NCBI RefSeq assembly: GCF_000142905.1 | Contig: NW_013657664.1 | Location: 124,001 to 188,000 of the forward strand | Length of the DNA: 64,000 bases | Reading direction: 5' to 3' | Source: Thecamonas trahens ATCC 50062 | Lineage: Eukaryota > Protista > Apusomonadida | In this document: piece after piece, positions 1 to 11,193 of the stretch | Numbering within the stretch: position 1 is the stretch's first letter | Layout of the letters: each line of letters begins with the position of its first letter | Made by a program: the position numbers and the translations under genes | The notes under the pieces: generated by a model | What the model was told of the DNA's origin: nothing | The model's database searches: none | The model's input: only the letters and a program-made list of their open reading frames with translations

Positions 1-800
1 GGCCGGGATGATGGTGGCCGGGAGGTGAAGGAACTCACGGATGTAGTCGAGGCCCTCGTCGGTGAGGAAGTAGTACGAGTACTGCCACGCGTACGTCTCA
101 CGGACAAAGCCGCGCGACTTCAGCGACTTCATCGTGTTCATGACCTCCAGGTTGGTCGCCGCCATGCGCGGGTGCTTGGGAGGGCCGTGTCCTTCTTGAC
201 GACGCAGACGCCGTCTGCACACACACACACACACAGACACACACACAGACACAGACACACAAAGCGAGCACACATATACCACACCAATGAGTTACACGAC
301 CAGCTACTTGCGCCATGCACCCTTACGCGTCTGGACAGACATGCTCTACACCGCTACTTTCCCGCCACCTCGGCCTTGCCCATGGCTTTAGGGCTGACGC
401 CCCGCAGACACAAACAATTTTGCACCATCCACGGCCTCACGCCGACAGACCCGGTAGCCACTCCAAGGATCCAGCCGGAGCCCAACCAGGCGAAGCGTGC
501 AGAGCTCCATGTGGAAGAGCTAGCAGTGGGGTCAGGTCGCTGCATACTGAGCGGTGTCGGCCCCTAGACTTAGAGGTAGCGGTGCGAGGCCCGCAAAAAC
601 GTCGATGCCCATCACCGCCACCGCCGCTGACCCTGCCAGCGGCCGCCACCGATAACGGGCTAGCGGGTGGCCAGGGCCGAGCAGGTCGGTATGGAGTGCA
701 TGGGTGTGGAAAGGGGAAAGGGATGCCTTATTCACCTAGTGTACGTACCCTGGAACAGCTTCTTGTAGATACCAGCGCGGACCTTCTTGGCAATGAGCAT
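1..800 (-). CDS. RPS10: 40S ribosomal protein S10 (eS10), 3' end beyond window; exons 800-749 and 214-<1; apparent 1-nt deletion at 178-180
   Basis: Spliced translation MLIAKKVRAGIYKKLFQ/DGVCVVKKD...PKHPRMAATNLEVMNTMKSLKSRGFVRETYAWQYSYYFLTDEGLDYIREFLHLPATIIPA matches eS10. Intron is GTACGT...CAG (748-215). One extra C is needed at CTCCCAAG. Confidence 0.93.
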
Positions 801-853
801 GGTGAGGCAGTGAGAGAGATACCAAAGTGAAAAACAGTGTGACTCATTCCATT

Positions 854-867
854 CATTCGCGCGAGCT
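854..867. promoter_or_regulatory. candidate ribosomal-protein promoter element CATTCGCGCGAGCT (upstream of RPS10)
   Basis: The identical 14-mer occurs at 23461-23474 upstream of RPS15A; the core TCGCGCGA is palindromic. Confidence 0.45.
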
Positions 868-1447
868 CAATTGCTCCGCCGTTCGTTCGAAACGAACCGG
901 CTCAGCCACCAGCCGCTCGCCGCACTGCCCCAGATGCTGCTGTGGCAGGCCGCGAGTACAGCGAGCTGCAATAGGTAAAAGGAGAGAGGGTCAGAGGGGG
1001 ATTCGGCCTTCAAGCTCGCTGTGCGATGTAGGGACCAATGTCGTGAAACAGCTCTGATCAGCGGCGTCATGGCCTTGGCTCGAGAGCTGCGCGGTAGCCG
1101 GGACCGACTCGTACCGACCGATCTCCCCGTTCGCACATCGCGCTCACTCTACAGTAAGATGGCAATAGCTCTGCAGGCCACTGCCATGAACCGTGATAAC
1201 GATGTCTCTGTAGTTTGAAAGAGCAGCGGACACAGCGCAGGATCGATCGATTCTGTGCGTTGCACCCTGACCGACCGAGCAACCGAGCAACCGAGCGAGG
1301 GAGCGATCGATCGGTGGTGTCGAGGTGAGTGAGAGTGCGAGTCAGCCATCGTTGACGGAGGTGGAGGAGGACGTGGAGGATGAGCCGTCCGGTAAAGCTA
1401 CTTGAACCACCCACACACCCGTCGTGAGTACAGAGTAGAGGAAGGCA

Positions 1448-2147
1448 ATGCCGCGTCTGAGCAATGATGAGTTTCTTGCTGAGATGGGCAAGCTCCTTCG
1501 CAAGGCTGGCGAGAAGGACAACCCGTCGTCTGTCTCGCTCACCATGAAGCACGGTAGGTGTGGGAAGGTGGAGCAGGGGGGGGGGGAGGGGAGAGGCGGG
1601 GGGGGAGGGGGTTAGGGATGACTTACATGTGTTATGGGTATTGTGTTGATCTGGATGTATGGGGGTGGCCAACGTGGTGGTCTTGGGCCTTTGGTTTGGG
1701 TGTGGTGGACTTGGACGTTCGTCGCTCCGCTCTTCTCCCTCGTCATCGTCGTCGCTCCGCTCTTCTCCGTCGTCACCGTCGTCGCCCCACCCTTCCCCCT
1801 CGTCGCCCCGCTCTTCTCCCTCGTCACCATCGTCACCATCGTCGCCCCCACCCTTCTCCCTCGTCGCCCCGCCCACCCTTCCCGTCATCGTCGTCACCCC
1901 TCCCATCTTCCTCACCATCGATTGCTCGTCATCAATCGTCATCGAGACAATCGCAGTCGTGGAAGAGGTGGTGCAGAACAAGGGTAAGAAGAACGAGAAC
2001 GTGGTGGAGGAGGCAAGATGCCTCATCCGGGCTCGGTCTGGCAAGTGCAAGATCTCCACGGTTGTCCGCCCTCGGAACAGGGTTCAGTTCTCCATCGCCT
2101 ACTCGACCATTCTCAAGTCGAACCTCAAGTCGCTTAGCTCCCATTAG
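1448..2147 (+). CDS. SRP14: signal recognition particle 14 kDa protein; exons 1448-1553, 1957-2147
   Basis: MPRLSNDEFLAEMGKLL...SVSLTMKH / ...RCLIRARSGKCKISTVV...QFSIAYSTILKSNL matches SRP14. A GTAGGT...GCAG intron joins the exons in phase. Confidence 0.88.
1720..1905 (+). repeat. intronic degenerate pyrimidine-rich minisatellite (units like CGTCGCTCCGCTCTTCTCCCTCGTCATCGT)
   Basis: Several imperfect copies of about 21-30 nt are visible inside the SRP14 intron. Confidence 0.7.
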
Positions 2148-2335
2148 TCCTTGATCTGATGACCGCCAGCGGCCACTGTCGTCGCGCCGCCCGTAGTTGT
2201 CCGTAGCCCCCGCCCCAAAATGATGGCTCTGCTCCCACCCGAGTCGCGAGGCAAGAGTTGAGGTGTGTGACAATGGCATCGAAAATAGGCCATGAGACAC
2301 AACCCCACTTCTCCCCCCATCAAAGAATCAGGAAC

Positions 2336-4583
2336 ATGTCCGAGACTGCCTCGCCCTGCGACGGGCGCCCCGAGATGACCCAGCTTCACCCGCCGCCGCA
2401 GACGGCTGCCAACGTTGAGGTAAGCGCCACATAGCATGAGGCGATTGAGATGTTGCTTGACTCTTCCCTTGCCAAATTGCACTCCCTCATGCGAGCTAGT
2501 CCGCCCTGTACAGCCGTGACATTGCCCACCCTGGCCGCCAGTTCGGCGCGCTCGAGCGTGACCGTTTTTTGCTTGTTCGGCTACGCGCCACCAGCTTTCT
2601 TTGCTTGGCGGAAGTGGGCAGGACAGTGCGCGACTCACAGAGCGGAGCCGGGGGGGGGGAGGGGGGAGACAGTCACTGGAGGCGTACCAGGCAATGTACA
2701 ACGAGTCGATCACGGATCCGGACGGGTTCTGGAGCCGGATGGGCAAGGAGCTGGTGACCTGGCATCGCGAGTTTGATACCGTCTCGCACGGCTCGTTTGC
2801 CGAGGGCGACATCGCTTGGTACCTCGGCGGCGAGCTCAACGTGTCGGTCAACTGTCTGGACCGGCACCTGAAGACGCGCGGCGACAAGGTTGCACTCATC
2901 TGGGAGGGCGACGAGCCCGGTGATGTGCGCAAGTTCACCTACCGCGAGCTCCACCGCGAGGTGTGCAAGCTCGCGTCGGGCATGCGCGACGCCGGGGTCA
3001 AGGCCGGTGAGTGCGTGGCGCTGTACATGCCGATGGTGCCCGAGGCGATCTTTGCCATGCTTGCATGTGCGCGGCTCGGCGCGCCGCACTCGGTCGTCTT
3101 TGCTGGCTTTTCGGCCGACGCGCTCCGCGACCGCATCCTCGACGCCGGCTGCCGGGTGGTGATGACGGCGGACCAGGGCGTGCGCGGTGGGCGGCGGACG
3201 AACCTCAAGAAGACGGTCGATGAGGCGCTCCTTGAGTGCCCGGGCGTCGACCTGGTCATCGTCCACCAGCGCACGGGCGAGACTGGGCCGGACGTGCCGT
3301 TTGTCGCCGGCCGCGACGTGTACATGGCGGACCTGATGGCCAAGGCCCGGCCGTACTGTGTGCCGGCAGTCCGCAACGCCGAGGACACGCTCTTTGTGCT
3401 CTACACCTCGGGCTCGACCGGGCGGCCCAAGGGCGTGCTCCACACCTCGGCCGGCTACCTGGTGTGGGCCATGATGACCCACAAGTACACCTTTGATCTC
3501 CGCGACGATGACGTCTTTGCGTGCATGGCCGACATCGGTTGGATCACCGGCCACACGTACAACTGCTACGGCCCGCTGGCCAACGGCGCAACGTCGATGC
3601 TCTTCGAGTCGACGCCGCTCTACCCGGACGCCGGCAGGTACTGGGACGTGGTCGAGCGCCACGGCGTGACCCAGCTCTACACCGCGCCCACCGCCATCCG
3701 CGCCCTGATGAAGTACGGCAGCGAGCCGGTCCAAAAGTACGACACCTCGTCGCTGCGAGTTCTCGGCACCGTTGGCGAGCCCATTGCCCCGCTCGCTTGG
3801 AACTGGTACAACGAGGTCGTTGGCGCTAAGCAGTGCACCATCGTCGACACGTACTGGCAGACCGAGACCGGCGGCCACATGCTCACCGCCCTTGCCGGCG
3901 TTACGCCGACAAAGCCTGGCTCGGCCACCCTGCCGTTCTTTGGCGTCAAGCCGGCCATTGTCGAGCCCGACACCGGCAACGTCATCGAGGGTAACGAGGT
4001 CGAGGGCGTACTCGTCATGCAGCAGCCGTGGCCCGGCATGTGCCGTACCGTCCTCGGCGACCACCAGCGGTACCTCAACACGTACATGACGGCGTACTCT
4101 GGCAACTACTTTACCGGCGACGGCGCCATCCGCGACATGGACGGCTACTACTGGATCACCGGCCGCGTCGACGACGTTGTCAACGTCTCGGGCCATCGCC
4201 TTGGCACCGCGGAAATCGAGGCCGCCGTTGTTAACCACGACGCCTGCGTCGAGGCCGCCGCCATTGGCATCCCGCACGAGCTCAAGGGCCAGGACATCTT
4301 TGTCTACGTCATCCTGCACAACGGCTACGAGCCGAGCGACGACCTCGCCCACGAGCTGCGCGACGCCGTCAAGGAGGGCATTGGCTCGTTTGCAAAGCCT
4401 GCCGCCTCGAACATCGTCTTTGTCGAAGGCCTGCCCAAGACCCGCTCCGGCAAGCTCATGCGCCGCATCCTCCGCCTCATCGCCACCGGCGAGGAGTCGC
4501 GCCTCGGCGACGTCTCCACCCTGGCTGACCCCGCCGTCGTCCCGGCCATCATCGCCGCTGTCAAGGCCAAGCGCGACGCCTAA
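2336..4583 (+). CDS. ACS: acetyl-CoA synthetase (AMP-forming); exons 2336-2419, 2673-4583
   Basis: Motifs YTSGSTGRPKG, DTYWQTETGG, GRVDDVVNVSGHRLGTAEIE and LPKTRSGK. A phase-0 GTAAGC...ACAG intron links an upstream ATG exon. Confidence 0.95.
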
Positions 4584-4588
4584 CTAGC

Positions 4589-4590
<2 letters not shown>

Positions 4591-4624
<34 letters not shown>
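4591..4624. repeat. (CA)n microsatellite filling the ACS/BUD20 convergent gap
   Basis: Perfect CA run seen directly. Confidence 0.9.
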
Positions 4625-4626
<2 letters not shown>

Positions 4627-4631
4627 TACCT

Positions 4632-5251
4632 TTACGCAATCGCCATCGAAGACATCTCGGACGACTCGGATGTGGCAGCAACAGAGGCGGCGGCGCCCGA
4701 CGGAACGAGCCCCTCCGAAGTAGCCAGCAGCGCCGGGCCCGAACCAAAGTCAGAGGCCGGGATGGCGGGCTGGGGAGCGAGCGAGGGCAGGGCGTCGACG
4801 GCCTTGGCGGCCATGGCGCTCGCTGTGACGGCCTCAAGAGCATCGACAGCAGCAGCACGCTTGGCATCGTCCAGCATGGCCGGAAGACCCGGAGCAAGGC
4901 CCTCCTTGCCATTGTCCACGGCGCCCATGCCGCCAGCAGCGTCGGCTTCGGCCTGGGTGTACGGCTTCTCCTTGCGGAGGCGCTTCAGCTGGCGCTTGTG
5001 CGGCTTGCCACGGCGATGCTGCTCGAGATTTCCCAAATCCAGAAAGTGCTTGGCGCACGAGACGCAATAGAACTGACCCTTGCCCGGAAGATCGTAGTCC
5101 ACCGCCTGGTTCATCAGCTTCTCCCGCTTGGCCGTCTGCAAGTCGTCGTAGATCTGGTCCTGGCACCGGTAAAGTTGCGCGTCCGGTACGCCTTGTGCAA
5201 GGCCTTGTTCTTCGTCGCAGCGCCCTTCTTCTTCCGGTATCCTCCCGCCAT
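4632..5251 (-). CDS. BUD20: BUD20/ZNF593 C2H2 zinc-finger pre-60S export factor; apparent 1-nt deletion at about 5168
   Basis: D(Y)DLPGKGQFYCVSCAKHF...HRRGKPHKRQLKRLRKEKPYTQAEADAAGG is the family signature. The N-terminus MAGGYRKKKG...RNFT joins RCQDQIYDDL after adding one base. Confidence 0.88.
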
Positions 5252-6085
5252 GCCTCCTTTCCCTTCCTCAAACACGAGTGAGGTGTGTTCCTCTCCCTCG
5301 GCTTCTCCGTTCATACCCCCTCCCACCTCCTCCCCCCCCCCCTCCTCCCTCACCTCCCTCTCATCGTCCCGGGATGGATGGGAAGGATGGCCTCCTCCAA
5401 TTGGCTCCCTCCCCGTCCCGAGCCTGTGCCAGCCCCCCCCCACACACCCCCACCGCCCCCCCTCCCCCCTCAGCAAAGGTCATCATCATCCACCCATTGG
5501 ACCGCTCTTTTGCCATCAGCCACCGATACTGAATCTGTTACATCTTGGCCTGCTGGAGGAAGGTAATCTTGGCCCAGAGACTCGCGATCGGCTACATAGT
5601 TGTCCAGATCCGTGTATCCGCGGCCTCTCCCCCCCCCCCCCACCCCAGAAGCATTAGCGAACAGTCTTGTTGCTGATNNNNNNNNNNNNNNNNNNNNNNN
5701 NNNNNNNNNNNNNNNNNNNNNNNNNNNNNNNNNNNNNNNNNNNNNNNNNNNNNNNNNNNNNNNNNNNNNNNNNNNNNCAAACACCCCCACACACACACAG
5801 TTTTCCCCTCCCTGCGGTGACGACTACCGCTATCCGCCTCGCCGCGCTGACAACACCCCAAACTGCACCCTGGTCTGCCTTCTGATTTCCATCGTTCAGA
5901 CAGCCCACGGTTTGAGAGTGACGATGGCGTGATGGAAGGAAGCGCGTGACATGGTGAGTGCTGCGCGTGCCGAACGAGTTCACCCTGGCAGGACAAGCTG
6001 GTGCTGCCTGCCTGCCTGTCCCCACCCACCGCGACTGGAGCCATTGGCGACAACCGCACAATTGGCCACACTCAACTTTAAGATA

Positions 6086-7954
6086 ATGAACAAGCAGCTG
6101 CTGTGCATTGTCCTTGTGGCACTTGTGGGTGCTGCCCTCGCAACCCGCGCCCATGTCGAGCGTTCTGCTCCCGTTCCCCTCGCCGACGGCTGGCAGGCTC
6201 TTGCCCAGCGGGCCACTGCTGACGATCTTCTCGAGGTCCGCCGCGTCCATGTTGCGCTCTGGGGCAACTACGAGGAGCTCGACGAGCTCTTCTGGCGTGT
6301 CTCTAACCCCAAGTACGTGTACTAGCCCATCATCTTCCATGCACCTCCCTCCCGCACAGGTCGCATGTGCGCTGCGCTGGAAAGGAGCAGACCTAAGAAT
6401 TTTCCCTTTTTTTTTCCTTTTCGCCGCCGTGTGGCTTTTTTCTTGGCTCTCCTCCCGTCAACAGCATGCAACTCACGCACACACACACACACACGCCCGC
6501 ACGCGCGCACGAACACGCACAGGCACGAAGACTACGGCAAGTACGTGACGACCGACGAAATCACTGCGATGGTTGCGCCGGCGATCGAGGTCCAGCAGGC
6601 AGCGATGGCGTTTGCCTCGAGTGACGGTGTGCAGGCCACGCTGACCCGCAACCGCGACATGGTGGAGATCAAGACGTCGCTGGCCAAGCTCGAGGAGCTG
6701 TTCGAGGTCGAGTTCTACAAGTTTGAGCACAAGACCGGCAAGGTTGTGACTGCGGCGCTCGGCCCGTACACGGTCCCGTCGGAGCTCGCCGAGTCGGTGG
6801 CGTTTGTCTCGGGCCTCGTCGGCCTGCCGGACGTCCACGAGGCCAAGCCGCGCGAGGCATCGGCAGTCGACGACGGCCAGGACATTACGCCTGCAGTCAT
6901 CCGGGCCCGCTACAATGTGACCGGCACGGCGTCGGGCGCTCACAACAACTCGCGCGCCGTCGCCGAGTTCCAGGCGCAGTGGTACTCGCCGCGCGACCTC
7001 GAGACCTTCATCTCGCGCTTCTCGCCTGGCTCGTCCGACAAGGTTGCCAAGGTTGTCGGCTCCAACACGCCCAACAACCCCGGAGTGGAGGCCTCGCTCG
7101 ACATCCAGTACATCATGGGTGTGGTGCCGGACATCCCGACCTGGTTCTACGGCATGGCCAACTTTGACTTTTGGTCCGACCTCACCGCGTGGCAGGCCCA
7201 GCTCCAGGGCGAGGACGACGCGCCGTGGGTGCACTCGATCTCGTACGGCTCGCAGGGCAACTACCCGTCCGAATCGTACCGCCAGCGCGCCGACGTCGAG
7301 TACCAGAAGCTCGGCGCCCGCGGCATCTCGATCATCTTTGCCTCTGGCGACTCCGGCTCGGGCAACCAGGGCTCGACCCTCTACCCGTCGTACCCCGCCA
7401 CCTCGCCGCACCTGACCTGCATCGGCGCCACGAGGTTCCTCGAAGGCAACACCGGCGCCGAGGGCGCCGTCCAGGCCTTCAAGTCGGGCGGTGGCTTCTC
7501 GCACCTCTTCCAGCAGCCGTCGTACCAGACTTCCGCCGTCGACGCCTACCTCAAGTCCGGGGTCAAGTTCCCGTCTTCGCACAAGTTCAACTCGGGCAAC
7601 CGCGCCACTCCTGATGCCGCCGCCCTCGGCGCCGAGCACTACCAGGTCATCGACGCCGGCCGCCAGGTCCCCGTCGGCGGCACCTCGTGCTCGAGCCCGA
7701 CCTTTGCCTCGATCATCTCGCTCATCAACGAGGAGCGCCTCAAGGCTGGCAAGCCCACCCTCGGCTTCCTCAACCCCTGGATCTACCAGAACCCGCACAT
7801 GCTGTGGGATGTCACCGTCGGCGATAACGACACCGGCTTCGACAACGAGGGCTACAAGTGCGCCGAGGGCTACGACGCCGTCACCGGCCTCGGCACCCCC
7901 AACTACCCCGCCATGCTCCAGGCGTCCATGGCCGTCTTTGACAACCTCGAGTAA
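6086..7954 (+). CDS. secreted/lysosomal sedolisin (peptidase S53, tripeptidyl-peptidase I-like); exons 6086-6312, 6523-7954
   Basis: Signal peptide, prodomain (VSNPKHEDYGKY), catalytic EASLD, ASGDSG and GGTSCSSP, and a C-terminal YDAVTGLGTPN calcium-site motif. Confidence 0.92.
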
Positions 7955-8183
7955 CCATCTGAGGCGCAATGATTGCTAAATCCATGTCTATTTTTCAAAC
8001 AGATAGCCATTGCCACCCAAGGGGAGTATGCGTGGCGCCGGCGGCTGTCGGCCATGCCCCACAACGCGCCCCCTCGGCCGCGGCCGACCAACCGCCGCTC
8101 GCCACCACAGTCGGCCACACTCAGCTCAGCCACAGCCACACGCGTCCACCACTCTCGCATATATATACACACACACACTTACT

Positions 8184-9380
8184 ATGAGCTACCAGACCTG
8201 GCGAGCCGAAGTGCCGGCCCTCGAACCGCTCCCGCTCCCGCCACCGTCGGGCCCAGTGCCAGCAGGTGGTGGCGGCGGCGGCTCACCCGTCCGACCGGTA
8301 GGCCGCAGCAGCGAGAGGCGAGCTGAGCTAGTGACCTTGCCTGATGGCATGGTGGTGGACGCAAACGATGTCGATGCTGTGGCGGATGCTGTTGAGCACA
8401 TGACTGCCATCCGAGACACTGCTGCTGCTGCTGGAGACTACGACGCCGCAGCCGAGGCTCATGAGCTCGCCGAAGAGCTCTCCGCCAGAGAGGCCGAGCT
8501 GAAGTGTGTCGATCTCTCGGCACTGCACGCTCGCGAGATGGCCGAGCTGATGGCGGCCAACGATGCACTGTTTAGTGAGTTTGTGGCCGGCTGGGATGAG
8601 AAGCTCGATGCCTTTGCAGGCTCGGCCTCGGATGCGCTCGACGCGCTCCGCAAAGCCCACGCCGAAGAGGAGCAGGCCTGGTGGGATGCCCGCGAGGCCG
8701 AAGCTGGCGCAAACAAGCTCTCGGTTCGCGCCTCGGCCCTTTTGCTGCAGAAGCGCAAGATGGAGGAGCAGGCCGTCGCTGCGCATCTCTACCAGCGCGC
8801 CAAGCAGCTCCAGGCCGAGATCCGCGCCATCGAGGAGAAGGAGGCCGCCGCCGCAGAGCACAACCGCAACGTCAAACTCACCCGAGGCGTCGAGCGCCTC
8901 CACGCCCGCCACGCCACCGAAGAGGCTGCGCTCCTTACCCGCATCAACTCCAAGCGAGACGAGGGCAAGCGTCGGCGCCAGTCCGAGTACGATGCCCTCC
9001 TCGCCCGCTTTCACAACGCAGTCACCACCCTTGAAGCCAAGCACAAGGCGCAGCTGCGGGCCAGCACTGCCTCGGGGCCGCCGGCGACCGCTTCGGGCAC
9101 CAGATCTGGCAGTACTGCTCATCCCAAGGTGGAACTGACGGCCACCGGCTGGAACCCGATCATTTCGCTCCCGCACCGGCCGTCGAACTCGCCCTGTGGG
9201 TCCACCCGTCGTGGGCGTAGCCGCGGCCGTGGTCGTGGCCGTGGAGCTCGACGCAGTGTAGGCGCTGCCGGCAAGACCAAGACCAAGGCCAAGACGCCGC
9301 GCCGTGGGCCGCGGCCGCCTGATGCCAAGGTGCGCGGAAGAAGACGCCGCGGGAGCTCGGTGCGATCCAAGACGACTTGA
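8184..9380 (+). CDS. hypothetical coiled-coil protein with basic low-complexity tail
   Basis: Long ORF with coding-like codon usage and Ala/Glu-rich helices; no family recognised. Confidence 0.7.
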   Translation: MSYQTWRAEVPALEPLPLPPPSGPVPAGGGGGGSPVRPVGRSSERRAELVTLPDGMVVDANDVDAVADAVEHMTAIRDTAAAAGDYDAAAEAHELAEELSAREAELKCVDLSALHAREMAELMAANDALFSEFVAGWDEKLDAFAGSASDALDALRKAHAEEEQAWWDAREAEAGANKLSVRASALLLQKRKMEEQAVAAHLYQRAKQLQAEIRAIEEKEAAAAEHNRNVKLTRGVERLHARHATEEAALLTRINSKRDEGKRRRQSEYDALLARFHNAVTTLEAKHKAQLRASTASGPPATASGTRSGSTAHPKVELTATGWNPIISLPHRPSNSPCGSTRRGRSRGRGRGRGARRSVGAAGKTKTKAKTPRRGPRPPDAKVRGRRRRGSSVRSKTT

Positions 9381-9414
9381 GGAAAGAGCAGCAGCGTTTA
9401 ACCCTAAAGCCTAC

Positions 9415-10915
9415 CTACAAAGTCCACAAATCCTCCAGGGTCACGCCCTCGCGCAGATCCTCGATGGCCAGACCTAGCTCAGGCGCAAAGGTGGCCGGGC
9501 GGTCGGTGTTCTTGTCGCCGTCAGCAAGGTACATGCCCACGGCCGGGGCCGCCTCGTCGACTTGTGCGATGACAACGTCCTCGTCGGGGACCGGGACGGT
9601 GACGGCGTCAAGGCCCTCGGGCTGATCCTCGAGCGAAAACTGGACACCAAAGTTGGGCCTCTCAGAAAACATGTTGAAGAGCGAGACGATTTCCTTGGCC
9701 ACTTCCTTGAGGCGGGCCACAGGGTCGACGCGAAAGCCGAGAACAAAGCCGCCCGAGTCCTCGGCGGTCTCGACAACCAACGCCATGCCAAACTTGGACG
9801 AGTCGCGAATGCGGACGCTCTTGATCTGCATGTACGGGATGGAGACGTTAAAGTTTTCGGCGAGCGCCGCGTGCCAGACCAGCCGGACCGAGGTGATGAA
9901 AAAGTGGCCGAGGTTGCCCTGGTCCGACGACAGGTTCCACACCCCGTTGACCTTGGAGTACAGCGTCTCGGTCGGCAGCATGATCAGCTGCTTGTCCTGG
10001 ATGATCGCGCCGCGGAGTTTGAGCTCGCGGTACATTTTGGACGAGTCGTATGCCCGGTGAACCGCCTGGACCGTCGTGAACAGCCGCGGCGAGTCCGGCA
10101 CAAGGTAGGTAAAGATAAACTCATAGCGCTTGTTCTCGTGCTTTGGCACCGACGAGAACTTGGAGACAAGCCGGTGCGGCTTAGCCAGCACATACAGCGC
10201 CTGCGTCACTCCGCGCAGCCGGGAAGAGGCCGACCGGATCGTCATCGAGATGATATTCTTGAGCCCGACTGAGAGATTGACTTTCTTCGTCCGATGCGCA
10301 AACCAGATGAGCCGCAGATTGGTCACGCGCAGCGTGCCACGCTCACCGTTGTTCCCCTTGGTGTCTTCAACGTCATCCAGCTCATCGATGATGAACTCGC
10401 CCTTTCGCGGTGCAACATACCTATCCCCGGTATCCGACGCCCGTCCCAACATCCATCGCCAGCCATCCATCCATCACCCAGAACCGTCCCCCGCCCTACC
10501 CTGCGTCCCAACTCCTCGACGGCGCACACACACAAGCCCTGCCCGGGAGCGTGGCCCAGCGTAAGGGGAGCCGTCAATCGGAGCAAGGAGGGCACCGTCG
10601 TCCTCGTCCTTCTTCGATGAGGCAAGCTCCCGCGAACTCACTGCGGAAGGGGCCCATTCCTCGCNNNNNNNNNNNNNNNNNNNNNNNNNNNNNNNNNNNN
10701 NNNNNNNNNNNNNNNNNNNNNNNNNNNNNNNNNNNNNNNNNNNNNNNNNNNNNNNNNNNNNNNNACACTACAACTACGACGTAACGACATACCCCCCCCC
10801 CCCCTCCCTCCCCCCCGTACCCCGCCACCACCACCACCACCACGTACTGCACCGGCAAGGAGAACTCGATCTCCCTGTCCTGCCACACCGTATTGGTGGG
10901 AAGGTCAGCAGCCAT
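9415..10915 (-). CDS. BBS5: Bardet-Biedl syndrome 5 protein (BBSome); exons 10915-10848, 10420-9415 (intron spans an N-gap)
   Basis: WQDREIEF / EDTKGNNGERGTLRVTNLRLIW / GVWNLSSDQGNLG / GFVLGFRVDP / ELGLAIE are BBS5 hallmarks. Confidence 0.95.
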
Positions 10916-11193
10916 GGCCACACACAGTCCACCAGTCTGACCTCGTCAACCTCTTCAGTCTTCGGCTGATCCTGAGCAAGTTCTCCCTCGCTATTCCCCT
11001 TTCTCTACAAAGACTGAAGCACAGAGTGAGTGAGGTGCGCTTCTCCGTCTCTTCCTCTCCCTCTTGCCCGTCCTTGCCCCCCCCCCCCTCCCCCCCCCTC
11101 CGTGGTGGCTGCTCTCGATGGAGTGCGGCTCGTCCGCCAGCCGCACGACGGCTGCTGCTGCTCAACTTGTCTCCGTCCTCGCACACGGTGGCA

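Noticed and set aside
178-180. Calling RPS10, EF1A, BUD20, mL46 and others pseudogenes
   Set aside because: Each has a single lesion, usually in a short homopolymer, with intact conservation on both sides; this is typical of sequencing error.
1720-1905. CRISPR-like array
   Set aside because: Degenerate tandem units without unique spacers, in a eukaryotic intron, with no cas genes.
1067-2059. Asp/Glu-rich 330-aa minus-strand ORF
   Set aside because: It is the antisense reading of the SRP14 intronic minisatellite and exons.
2673-4352. Long antisense ORFs (e.g. 2673-4352, 6473-7969, 21327-22802, 29267-30466)
   Set aside because: They are shadows of real genes with strong GC3 codon bias, which suppresses antisense stop codons; no independent motifs.
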